From: Candidatus Poribacteria bacterium
GTDB lineage: Bacteria > Poribacteria > WGA-4E > PCPOR2b
Direction of reading: 5' to 3'
Assembly: GCA_965208675.1 (NCBI GenBank)
Contig: OZ242351.1
Coordinates: 1,280,001 to 1,344,000 of the forward strand
Length of the DNA stretch: 64,000 nucleotides
The position numbers and the translations under genes were made by a program. The first letter of the stretch is position 1. Each line of letters starts with the position of its first letter. Positions 51,617 through 60,231 of this stretch are shown piece after piece. A model generated the notes under the pieces. It did no database searches. It was not told where the DNA came from and saw only the letters and a program-made list of their open reading frames with translations.

Positions 51617-52071
51617 AATTTTCTTTAAGTGCAGGTTACTTGAGCCTTCGTTTAAGGTGATATTATATGCGGAAAGCCTATTATTTTCAATATAATTAAA
51701 CGCTGGGATTCATAAATCCTCTGTAATCTCGACAATTGCCGCCCAATTGACGGCGGCTTCCGCCGAATCACGAAAACCAAGGACGCATTAACAAACACTC
51801 GCTTGGCGTAATGCCTTTCCGATGCGTGTTATTATGTTTTTTTGCATTGTTACCAGGTATATAGGTATAATAGTATTATGAACTTGGCGCGAGTCCATCG
51901 AAAATGACGCATTCGCCAGCAAGCAGGCGATATGCGCTAGCATTCATAGCATACCTGCCGCACGCCACGCTAACTCGAAGAAACGAATCTCAGCATCACG
52001 TGATATTATTTAAGATGGTTGGAGAAGAGAAAACGTAGAATTGGAGATAACGTACATGCGAGGAAATCATT

Positions 52072-52127
52072 TTCCCGTCTTCGCGTCTTCTCGTTTTCTC
52101 CCTTTCTCCTTTTCCCGTCTTCTCCAT
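52072..52127 (+). repeat. Imperfect 8-nt pyrimidine-rich tandem repeat (7 units)
   Basis: ttcccgtc ttcgcgtc ttctcgtt ttctccct ttctcctt ttcccgtc ttctccat. Confidence 0.7.
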
Positions 52128-52131
52128 CATA

Positions 52132-52905
52132 ATGGGGGTAGTGCAAATGTCTACGAGTACGGACCTTAATGCCGCAATCGATCACCTTACGGTCTACGGC
52201 TACTGTATATTGGAAAATCGCATTCCCGAGGACATGGCGCTGAGCATGGCTGAGCGATTCCTCGAATTGCACGCAGACCCGCAGTGGAATTCCTTCAAGA
52301 TAGGTGATGAATACTATCAGACATTGTTTGGGATGCTTAACCTTGACGACCGTGTGTGGAACTGTTCCGGTCATCCCGACGCGGTCGCAATCGCAGAGCA
52401 TTTTCTCGGGCCAAACTGTCGAATCCCCGATGCGTGTTCCAAGCCAACTTGGCCCGGTGCGCCGCACGGTCCTCTGCATGTTGATTCCGCCAGCACTTTC
52501 GCTAGGGTACCAAGTGTGCCGTGGATGATCAACGGTATGTGGATGTTGACGGAATTCACCGTAGAAAACGGCGCAACAGGCGTGGTACCGCTGAGCCACC
52601 GCACGCGCTTGCACGGTCCGCCGCCGGACATTACGCCAGACAGTCCGCTAATCAAGACCATCACCGGACGTCCCGGTACGGTGATGTTGTGGCATGCCGG
52701 GCTATTCCACATGTCGCGCGCCAACACCACATCCGACGAAATTCGTGTCGGGCTGAATTCAGGTTACTGCCCACGCTGGTTCAACAACTGGGCTGAAGGA
52801 TGCCATCAGCCGGTTTGGCCCGAAACATACGAGCGAATGCCGCCCGAAATGAGGCGTCTGTGTCCAGGCCGTCTCGGACGCAACCGCGCAGATCTTTACG
52901 AATAA
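52132..52905 (+). CDS. PhyH-family dioxygenase
   Basis: GYCILE, LHVD, FTVENGAT..VPLSH, LFHMS. Confidence 0.88.
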   Translation: MGVVQMSTSTDLNAAIDHLTVYGYCILENRIPEDMALSMAERFLELHADPQWNSFKIGDEYYQTLFGMLNLDDRVWNCSGHPDAVAIAEHFLGPNCRIPDACSKPTWPGAPHGPLHVDSASTFARVPSVPWMINGMWMLTEFTVENGATGVVPLSHRTRLHGPPPDITPDSPLIKTITGRPGTVMLWHAGLFHMSRANTTSDEIRVGLNSGYCPRWFNNWAEGCHQPVWPETYERMPPEMRRLCPGRLGRNRADLYE

Positions 52906-52919
52906 CAACCCATGCACCC

Positions 52920-52957
52920 GTAGGAGCGATCTCCGAATCGCGGCTTCGCCAACCTAC
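52920..52957 (+). repeat. REP-A copy closed by CAACCTAC
   Basis: GTAGGAGCGATCTCCGAATCGCGGCttcgccAACCTAC. Confidence 0.8.
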
Positions 52958-53033
52958 ATTATTCCGGTTGAATTCGGAGATAATTCTGCGCCGAAACACC
53001 TAAGATTTATGAGACGAATTAAGGAGCGCCTAA

Positions 53034-55586
53034 ATGCCAAAACACATCTACAATCCCGCCGCCATTGAACCGAAATGGCAGAGCATATGGGAGAAACGTG
53101 AGACCTTTCGCATACCCAACGACCCCGAGGCATGGAAAGGAAAACCAAAATTTTACATACTGGGCATGTTCCCGTACGTTTCAGGCTCCGGCTTGCATGT
53201 CGGCCATCCCAAGGGGTATCTTGCGACCGACGTCATCGCCAACATGCGGCGAATGCAGGGCTACAATGTCCTCCATCCAATGGGTTGGGACGCGTTCGGG
53301 CTCCCCGCGGAGCGCGCCGCTGAACGCGGAAACGTGCACCCCGCGACGATCACCGGCAAAATGGTGGATATGTTCCGCCGGCAAATCAAGCGGCTCGGAT
53401 TCTCATATGACTGGAATAGGGAAATTAACACCTCCGCACCCGAATATTACAGGTGGACGCAGTGGATTTTCCTCAAACTCTACGAGAAAGGTTTGGCATA
53501 CCTTGAAGATGTGCCCGTTAATTGGTGTCCTGCGCTCGGCACCGTCCTCGCCAACGAAGAAGTAAAAGACGGGAAATACATTGAGACCGGCGACCCGATC
53601 GAGCGGCGTCACATGCGCCAATGGATGCTGAAAATCACAGCGTATGCCGACCGGTTGCTTGGAGACCTGAATCAACTCGATTGGCCCGAGGGTCTCAAGG
53701 AGATGCAGCGCAATTGGATCGGGAAATCGGAGGGGGCAGACATACAATTCTCCATCAAGGAAACCAATCTCAATTTTACCGTTTTTACAACCAGACCCGA
53801 TACACTTTTCGGCGCCACATACTGCGTCTTTGCTCCTGAACACCCGCTCGTTTCGCAGATTGCGTCCGATGACCGGAAGGACGCGGTCAAGGCGTACATC
53901 GCAGAATCCAAGAACAAATCAGACCTTCAGCGAACCGATCTCGCGACAGAGAAGACCGGGGTTTTCACCGGCGCCTACGCAATCAACCCCGGCAACAATG
54001 CCGCCATTCCAATTTGGATCGCCGACTATGTGCTGATTTCCTACGGTACTGGAGCAATCATGGCTGTGCCGGGGCACGATGAACGCGATCACGAATTTGC
54101 TGCCGCGTTTAACATCCCCATAGTCGAAGTCATCAGCGGCGGCGAGAAGCCGATTGAGGTTGAACCATTCACCGACGACGGTATCTGTGTGAACAGCGGT
54201 TTCCTCAACGGCTTGCGTGCAACTGACGCAAAAGAAAAGATGATTGCATGGCTTGAACAACAAAACAAGGGCAAACGACAGGTACAGTATCGCCTACGCG
54301 ACTGGCTGTTTTCCCGCCAGCGTTATTGGGGCGAGCCGTTCCCAATTGTGCACCTCGAAGACGGAACCATTACTACCATTCCTGACGGCGGGCTTCCCGT
54401 GGAACTTCCATCAATTGATGAATACCGCCCCACACCCGACGGCAAACCTCCCCTCGCCCGCGCGGGGGATGACTGGCTTTTGGTGTCCCTGCCCGATGGG
54501 CGCATTGGGGTGCGTGAAACCAATACCATGCCGCAATGGGCAGGTTCCTGTTGGTACTATTTGCGGTATATCGATTCGCAGAACCACGACGCCCCGTGGT
54601 CCGCCGAAGCCGAACGGTATTGGCTGCCGGTAGACCTATATATCGGCGGCGCAGAGCACGCTGTATTGCATCTACTCTACGCACGGTTCTGGCACAAAGT
54701 GCTGTTCGACTGCGGACTTGTGTCCACGAACGAACCGTTTCAAAACCTCTTCAATCAGGGGACAATCCTTGCAGAATCGTATCAAGACGATAACGGCAAA
54801 TACTACTATCCGCACGACGTAGAGAAAAAAGGCGATAAATGGTTCATTAAGGCATCCAATAGACCTGTAAGCACGCAACTCGAAAAGATGAGCAAGTCCA
54901 AATTCAACGTCGTGAACCCAGACGATGTCATTGACAAATACGGTGCGGATGCGGTTCGGCTCTACGAACTTTTCATCGGTCCGTTGAGCGTCAGTACGCC
55001 GTGGCAGACCGCCGGCGTAGAAGGCGTTTACCGCTTCCTCAACCGCGTCTGGAGGCTGGTCATTGACCAACACACGGGGGAATTGACTGAGAAATTAACG
55101 GACGCTCCCGGCGACAGCGATGAAGCATTGTGGAAAGCATTGCACCAGACCATCAAAGTCGTCACGGAGGACACAGAATCCATAGACAAATTAAACACGG
55201 CTATTAGCCAGATGATGGTGTTTGTCAACACCGCGACGCAATCCCGTACGTTGCCAAAAGAGTCGATAAGCACCTTTCTGCGGTTACTTTTTCCGTACGC
55301 GCCGCACATCGCCGAAGAACTGTGGGAACGTCTAGGCAACACTGATCTGGTCGCGAAGGCGTCCTGGCCAACGCATGATGCGAAAGCGCTCATCCGGGAA
55401 GAGGTAACAATCGTCGTCCAAGTCAACGGCAAGCTGCGCAGCCGAATTCAACTGCCCGTGGATGCGGGCAACCAAGAAGCTGAAGCTGCTGCGCTTGCGG
55501 ACAAGCGAATCCAAAGCCACGTTGCCGGGAAAACCGTACGAAAAGTGATTGTGGTACCGAACCGGCTGATAAACATCGTCGTGTAA
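53034..55586 (+). CDS. leuS: Leucine-tRNA ligase
   Basis: [45 protein letters not shown]. Confidence 0.98.
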   Translation: MPKHIYNPAAIEPKWQSIWEKRETFRIPNDPEAWKGKPKFYILGMFPYVSGSGLHVGHPKGYLATDVIANMRRMQGYNVLHPMGWDAFGLPAERAAERGNVHPATITGKMVDMFRRQIKRLGFSYDWNREINTSAPEYYRWTQWIFLKLYEKGLAYLEDVPVNWCPALGTVLANEEVKDGKYIETGDPIERRHMRQWMLKITAYADRLLGDLNQLDWPEGLKEMQRNWIGKSEGADIQFSIKETNLNFTVFTTRPDTLFGATYCVFAPEHPLVSQIASDDRKDAVKAYIAESKNKSDLQRTDLATEKTGVFTGAYAINPGNNAAIPIWIADYVLISYGTGAIMAVPGHDERDHEFAAAFNIPIVEVISGGEKPIEVEPFTDDGICVNSGFLNGLRATDAKEKMIAWLEQQNKGKRQVQYRLRDWLFSRQRYWGEPFPIVHLEDGTITTIPDGGLPVELPSIDEYRPTPDGKPPLARAGDDWLLVSLPDGRIGVRETNTMPQWAGSCWYYLRYIDSQNHDAPWSAEAERYWLPVDLYIGGAEHAVLHLLYARFWHKVLFDCGLVSTNEPFQNLFNQGTILAESYQDDNGKYYYPHDVEKKGDKWFIKASNRPVSTQLEKMSKSKFNVVNPDDVIDKYGADAVRLYELFIGPLSVSTPWQTAGVEGVYRFLNRVWRLVIDQHTGELTEKLTDAPGDSDEALWKALHQTIKVVTEDTESIDKLNTAISQMMVFVNTATQSRTLPKESISTFLRLLFPYAPHIAEELWERLGNTDLVAKASWPTHDAKALIREEVTIVVQVNGKLRSRIQLPVDAGNQEAEAAALADKRIQSHVAGKTVRKVIVVPNRLINIVV

Positions 55587-55666
55587 CCCGCAGAAAATGC
55601 AGAACGTAGTTCGAATTTCGTAAGGGTTCAACACTCGTCAGAGAACTAAGGAGGAAATCGAAAGTA

Positions 55667-57337
55667 ATGTCTGAAACCCAAAATGAAGGCGTACTTATCA
55701 CTCCCATCGGCGGACTGGGAGAGTTCGGATTGAACATGATGACCTATGAGTACGCCGACGACCTCATCATCATCGATGCTGGTATAATGTTTCCCGAGGC
55801 GGACACCCCGGGCGTAGATTTGGTTGTTCCCGATATAACATACTTAATCGAGAATCGGCGCAAAATCCGCGGAATCGTAGTCACACACGCGCACGAAGAT
55901 CATACCGGTGCACTCGCGTTTCTGCTTCGCCAAATAAACATCCCGGTCTACGGTACTGAACTCACGCTAGCGCTCGCCCAACGTAGATTACAAGAGTACA
56001 ATGTTTTAAAGGATGCCCAACTGAGCGTCATCAATCCAGATCGCCAATTGACACTTGGATGCTTCACACTTGAATTCATCCATGTGGCGCACAGCATTCC
56101 CGGTACAGTATCAGTCGCCCTTCATTCGCCCGTCGGTACAATCGTACATACCGCCGACTTTAAGTTTGACCTCACTCCTGTCGACAATCGCCGCACAGAA
56201 ATACACAAACTTGCCATCCTTGGTGAAAAAGGTGTGCTGATGCTAGTATCGGATAGTACCAATGCTGATCGCCCCGGATTCACGCCCTCTGAACGCGCGA
56301 TTTATTCAGATATGGATGGAATTTTTCAGAGCGTTGACCGGCGACTTTTCCTTTCTACATTTTCATCTAGCTTACACCGTATGCAGCAATTCATCGATCT
56401 AGCTGTCCAACATCGCCGCCTGATAGCCGTCACCGGACGTTCCATGGTAAACAACATCCGAATCGCTTCAGAGTTAGGTTACTTAACCGTGCCCCCAGAC
56501 CTCCTCATCGATCCCAGAGAGGTAAAGCAGTTTCGACCCCACGAGGTCGTGGTCTTGAGCACCGGCAGTCAAGGCGAACCGCGTTCCGCAATGGCGTTGA
56601 TGGCGATGAACAATCACGCATTTCTGAATATTGAACCCCAGGACACAGTGGTACTGTCCGCCCGAATCATCCCTGGCAATGAGCGGTCGGTCGGGCACAT
56701 GATAAACCACCTGCTTCGGCGCGGCGCACGAGTCCTCCACGAGAAAAACGCCGATGTCCATGTGTCCGGACATGGCGCACGGGAAGATCTCAAGTTGATG
56801 ATTAACCTCGTGCGTCCCAAATATTTTGTGCCGATGCACGGTGAATACAGCCATCTTGTTCATCATGCCGAAATCGCTGAGGAGATTGGAATTCCTTACG
56901 AAAATATCACAGTGGCTGAAAACGGCGATCAGCTACTGCTAAACCCCGACTTCTGCGGCATCCAGGCGCGCGTTCAATCGGGACGCGTTTTCGTTGATGG
57001 CAAGCTGGAAATGGGTGTTGAGGACATGGTGTTGCATGATCGGCAGGCGCTCTCGCAGGACGGCATGGTAATCCCGATTGTTGTGCTCGATCGCAACACC
57101 GGCAAAATCGCCGCGGGTCCCGACATGGTTTCACGCGGCTTTGTTTACATGGACGATTCAAAACCGCTCATAGACGAAGCCAAAGAGATTGTCATCAATT
57201 CCATAGACGGACTTAGCGAAGAGGTCAAAAGCGAAACAGAGACCGTGCAAGAGGAAATCCGTATAGTCCTCCGCCGTTTCTTCTCAAAACGAACAAAACG
57301 CCGCCCCATGGTGCTCCCCGTAGTCATGCGCGTCTAA
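55667..57337 (+). CDS. rnj: Ribonuclease J
   Basis: GGLGEFG, THAHEDH, DSTN, GSQGEP, HVSGH, PMHGE. Confidence 0.96.
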   Translation: MSETQNEGVLITPIGGLGEFGLNMMTYEYADDLIIIDAGIMFPEADTPGVDLVVPDITYLIENRRKIRGIVVTHAHEDHTGALAFLLRQINIPVYGTELTLALAQRRLQEYNVLKDAQLSVINPDRQLTLGCFTLEFIHVAHSIPGTVSVALHSPVGTIVHTADFKFDLTPVDNRRTEIHKLAILGEKGVLMLVSDSTNADRPGFTPSERAIYSDMDGIFQSVDRRLFLSTFSSSLHRMQQFIDLAVQHRRLIAVTGRSMVNNIRIASELGYLTVPPDLLIDPREVKQFRPHEVVVLSTGSQGEPRSAMALMAMNNHAFLNIEPQDTVVLSARIIPGNERSVGHMINHLLRRGARVLHEKNADVHVSGHGAREDLKLMINLVRPKYFVPMHGEYSHLVHHAEIAEEIGIPYENITVAENGDQLLLNPDFCGIQARVQSGRVFVDGKLEMGVEDMVLHDRQALSQDGMVIPIVVLDRNTGKIAAGPDMVSRGFVYMDDSKPLIDEAKEIVINSIDGLSEEVKSETETVQEEIRIVLRRFFSKRTKRRPMVLPVVMRV

Positions 57338-57363
57338 TGCCAAGGAATCAACTCCGGCAGAAA

Positions 57364-57644
57364 CTATCTCCCAACCGCGGTATTTACACGATATTTCTTG
57401 TAGGTTGGGTAGAGCGGATAACCCCAGTCCGTAACTATTGCAAATTCACACTCGGAATATCCAAAGGACGCCCTTTACAAAATAGATGTAGCGGAACCCA
57501 ACGATCAACTGAGCGGATAGCGAAGGCGATAGCCTTCAAGTTCATTCCTCCAGCGAATCCTAACGCTTTTTTACTTTCAAAACCGAATAACATCGTACTC
57601 CCACAATCACAGCCCATCATTTAATCACACAAATCACAGTTCAG
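57364..57644 (+). repeat. Composite repeat: degenerate REP-A, split REP-B (70-nt insert), AATC tract
   Basis: GTAGGTTGGGTAGAGCGG at 57400, GTAGCGGAACCCAAC at 57488, tail shared with the 46338 copy; AATC tract 57605-57644. Confidence 0.85.
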
Positions 57645-57650
57645 GAAATT

Positions 57651-58439
57651 ATGGGATTCCCAGTGAAAGCGCTGATTAGCACAATCTGCTTTATCACGGC
57701 AATCACCGCCCACGCGTCTAACGATTTGGTTGTCGGTGTATGGCTTTTCAACGAAGGCAAAGGTTGGTACACCTACAACGAAGCGGTCATGCGTTCATCA
57801 GTTTTAGGCGATCGGTCATGGGTAGACGGCAGGTTTGGAAAATGCTTGGACTTTAGCACAAACCAGCTCTCAAGGATCAGGGATTTGCCTCAACAAATGC
57901 CAGCAGAGGAAATAACGGTTACGGCTTGGGCAAAGATTCTCGACTTTCGTAACGCCCGACTATTCGACTCGACGCCAGACTTCGACAATCCAAATTGGAC
58001 TATCGGCGTGTTATTGCCTTGGGACAACAGTGTACGGTGGCGGTTCGGATCGCCGTACATCGAATTGACCGCCGAATTTGATACAGATGTCAAAGACATC
58101 TGGCGGCACTGGGCGTTTGTTCATAGCAGGCGCGACAACCTAATGGCTATCTATCTCGACGGTGAATTGCTTGCATCACTGAATACTTCGACAAGATTTA
58201 TTCCGCCTGAGGATGCTTCCAGTCTTGTAATTGGCGGGCCGGATAGGTTTCACGGGCTTATCGACGAGTTCGCGATATTCAACATCCCGCTCGCTGAACG
58301 CGATATCCGGTCCGTCATGGCGCGCGGGCTAGCAACCGTACTCACCGTCGCTCCAAATTACAAGCTCGCAACGTCATGGGGCAATATCAAAAGCGGACTG
58401 ATCTCACTTAACAATATAATACGAGACACACGCTGGTAA
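57651..58439 (+). CDS. Secreted LamG domain protein with WGxxK C-terminal tail
   Basis: Signal peptide, VWLFNEG, WVDGRFG, WRHWAF, FHGLIDEFAIF, tail VAPNYKLATSWGNIK. Confidence 0.85.
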   Translation: MGFPVKALISTICFITAITAHASNDLVVGVWLFNEGKGWYTYNEAVMRSSVLGDRSWVDGRFGKCLDFSTNQLSRIRDLPQQMPAEEITVTAWAKILDFRNARLFDSTPDFDNPNWTIGVLLPWDNSVRWRFGSPYIELTAEFDTDVKDIWRHWAFVHSRRDNLMAIYLDGELLASLNTSTRFIPPEDASSLVIGGPDRFHGLIDEFAIFNIPLAERDIRSVMARGLATVLTVAPNYKLATSWGNIKSGLISLNNIIRDTRW

Positions 58440-58466
58440 TTTAAATTTTTCCCGGGTCGGCAACAA

Positions 58467-58536
58467 CGATCTCCGAATCGCGGCACATACTCCCCTAATC
58501 ATCGCCCATCATTCAATCACACTAATCACGGTACAG
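58467..58536 (+). repeat. Truncated REP-A plus AATC tract
   Basis: CGATCTCCGAATCGCGGC followed by aatcatcgcccatcattcaatcacactaatcacggtacag. Confidence 0.8.
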
Positions 58537-58632
58537 GCTACCGCACAATGCGCCGTGGTTTAGGCAAAATGGTATAACCACTCGCCACAGGCCGCTTTTT
58601 ACTGTTTATTTTGCAAACCATTGTAAATTTTC

Positions 58633-58662
58633 TTGACAAGCAAAATAACTATTCCGTATAAT
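58633..58662 (+). promoter_or_regulatory. Consensus sigma70 promoter
   Basis: TTGACA-18 nt-TATAAT. Confidence 0.75.
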
Positions 58663-58668
58663 TTTACA

Positions 58669-58756
58669 AGATTCCGAACTGTTTGATTTAAAATTCTAAA
58701 ATGTTATCTACAGCGAGGCGAGGGCGCTGCACAACTTCCACCCTCGCTTGTTTTGT
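58669..58756 (+). ncRNA. Candidate ~85-nt sRNA or attenuator ending at an intrinsic-terminator-like hairpin
   Basis: AGGCGAGGG/CCCTCGCTT stem followed by GTTTT; lies right after the consensus promoter. Confidence 0.4.
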
Positions 58757-59352
58757 GTGAGCGTAAATCGGTATATTGCGTCCAACGAATCTGGATTGGC
58801 AACTAGCACCGCAGCATTTAATCAGAACTTAATTTCGGGCGTGCAACCTGATGAATGCGAAGTGTCCGAAAAATGAAACCTCGATTTAGGGCACAAAAGG
58901 GCACTTTTCGGCATATCGAGACCGTCGCATTGCGCACGGTGCCGGACACGCCGCGGATCCAGTGTCTGAGCGGGCCCTCAAGCATTCTTCAGATGCGCAA
59001 ATCAGTTGACATTTTGCGTATAGAGGGCAGTGCCCCCGGGGACACAATCTCGCTAGTGGGGACACCTTTCCCGACCCCAAAATTTTGCTATTTTCCGTAA
59101 ACGGTGAATCGCCCTAATCATGAAAACTGACGACTATAAATCCGAATGTTCCTGATGATAGCTGGGTAGCAGTTCCGTTGTCGTTCTCCTCCCGCGAGTG
59201 CAGCGATTAAGAATCAGTATCAGATTGCGCTCCTCCCTCCTTCTCAAAATCACATCAAAACAAACCTTCCAATTCAAAAAAGTGCGAATAAACCCCATGA
59301 ATTTTGCCTCTATTAGAGCATAGAGATACTTCTCTGTTTTAATGGAATAAAA

Positions 59353-59901
59353 ATGGGAATTTCCGACGAAATTTTAGTGCGGCACGCACAACGTGGTGTT
59401 GAACATGCCTTTAGGCAGCTAGTCCAGCGGTACAACGAACGAATCTTTAATGTCTGCTTTCGGATTGTTGGAAACGAGCAGGACGCCGAGGAAGCCGCGA
59501 TGGACGCATTCTTGGCATGTTACCAAGGCCTTGCTAGCTTTGAAGGCCGCTCCCGTTTTTCGACCTGGCTCTATCAGATTGCCCGGCGCTGCTCCTACAA
59601 AAAGATTCGTAGACGTCCACCGGTAAGTGAACCGATTGACGAACTTGAGATTTCTGAGGACGGCATGGCGATGCAGCCGGACAGAAATCTTCAGGAGCAC
59701 GAGATTCGAGAAAGGCTTGAGGAAGCGGTGGAAGCACTCCCCGATCACTTGAAAGAAGTCGTAATCTTCTACTTCTTAGAGGGGCTGTCTTACCATGAGA
59801 TTTCGGAAATTCTTGAGCGCCCAATCGGAACCGTTGCTTCGCGGATTAACGCCGCACGTCATCTGTTGCAGCGAAAACTTCAACATTTTTTTGAGGAGTG
59901 A
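59353..59901 (+). CDS. ECF (sigma24-like) RNA polymerase sigma factor
   Basis: AFRQLVQRY, DAEE, FEGRSRFSTWLYQIA, GLSYHEIS..GTVASRINAAR. Confidence 0.93.
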   Translation: MGISDEILVRHAQRGVEHAFRQLVQRYNERIFNVCFRIVGNEQDAEEAAMDAFLACYQGLASFEGRSRFSTWLYQIARRCSYKKIRRRPPVSEPIDELEISEDGMAMQPDRNLQEHEIRERLEEAVEALPDHLKEVVIFYFLEGLSYHEISEILERPIGTVASRINAARHLLQRKLQHFFEE

Positions 59902-59905
59902 TACC

Positions 59906-60199
59906 ATGGCAGCGTTAGACCAAATACTCCGGCGTTTACCCCGAAAAACGCCCGGTGCCGGTTTTGTGGATAGGCTTGTTACGCAGATTCGCGGCAATGA
60001 CCTCCCGCCGCCCGCACCATCTATAACCCATCCAAATCTTTTTTTACCTAAACCCGACTGTATCGAATCAGCCCGATTGGATATGCAGGAAGGTGAAGAA
60101 TTCATGCCGCCCGAGTCCAATTTTTTTCCGCCGCCCGTAATGCAGAGAGCGTCATCTCCCGACAGCTCCCGGTTCACTAAGTTTAGTCATCGGTCTTAA
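59906..60199 (+). CDS. Short Pro-rich protein, possible anti-sigma factor
   Basis: GAGGAG RBS in the sigma 3' end; LRRLPRKTPGAGFVDRLVTQI resembles anti-sigma N-terminal helices. Confidence 0.55.
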   Translation: MAALDQILRRLPRKTPGAGFVDRLVTQIRGNDLPPPAPSITHPNLFLPKPDCIESARLDMQEGEEFMPPESNFFPPPVMQRASSPDSSRFTKFSHRS

Positions 60200-60231
60200 A
60201 CCGTTCCAGTTCAAACAAGGAGAAACATACC

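Noticed and set aside
51880-51965. c-di-GMP-I riboswitch-like hairpins (GAAA...GACGCA) after a putative promoter
   Set aside because: Lacks the GCAAA motif and the P1/P3 architecture.
52906-53033. T-box leader upstream of leuS
   Set aside because: Too short, occupied by a REP, and no T-box GGTGGNACC-type motif.
57337-57624. 95-aa ORF after rnj (also 46365-46604 and 62816-63091)
   Set aside because: Made largely of repeat modules; not called as genes, though the coding-like signal is reported as a finding.
58886-59080. Cys-rich 64-aa ORF as a RiPP or metallothionein
   Set aside because: TTG start with no RBS; several Cys/Pro codons arise from the GTG(T/C)CC hexamer cluster; no modifying enzymes nearby.
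58669-59352. tmRNA, RNase P RNA, SRP RNA or cobalamin riboswitch
   Set aside because: Diagnostic conserved motifs were not found on either strand by eye.
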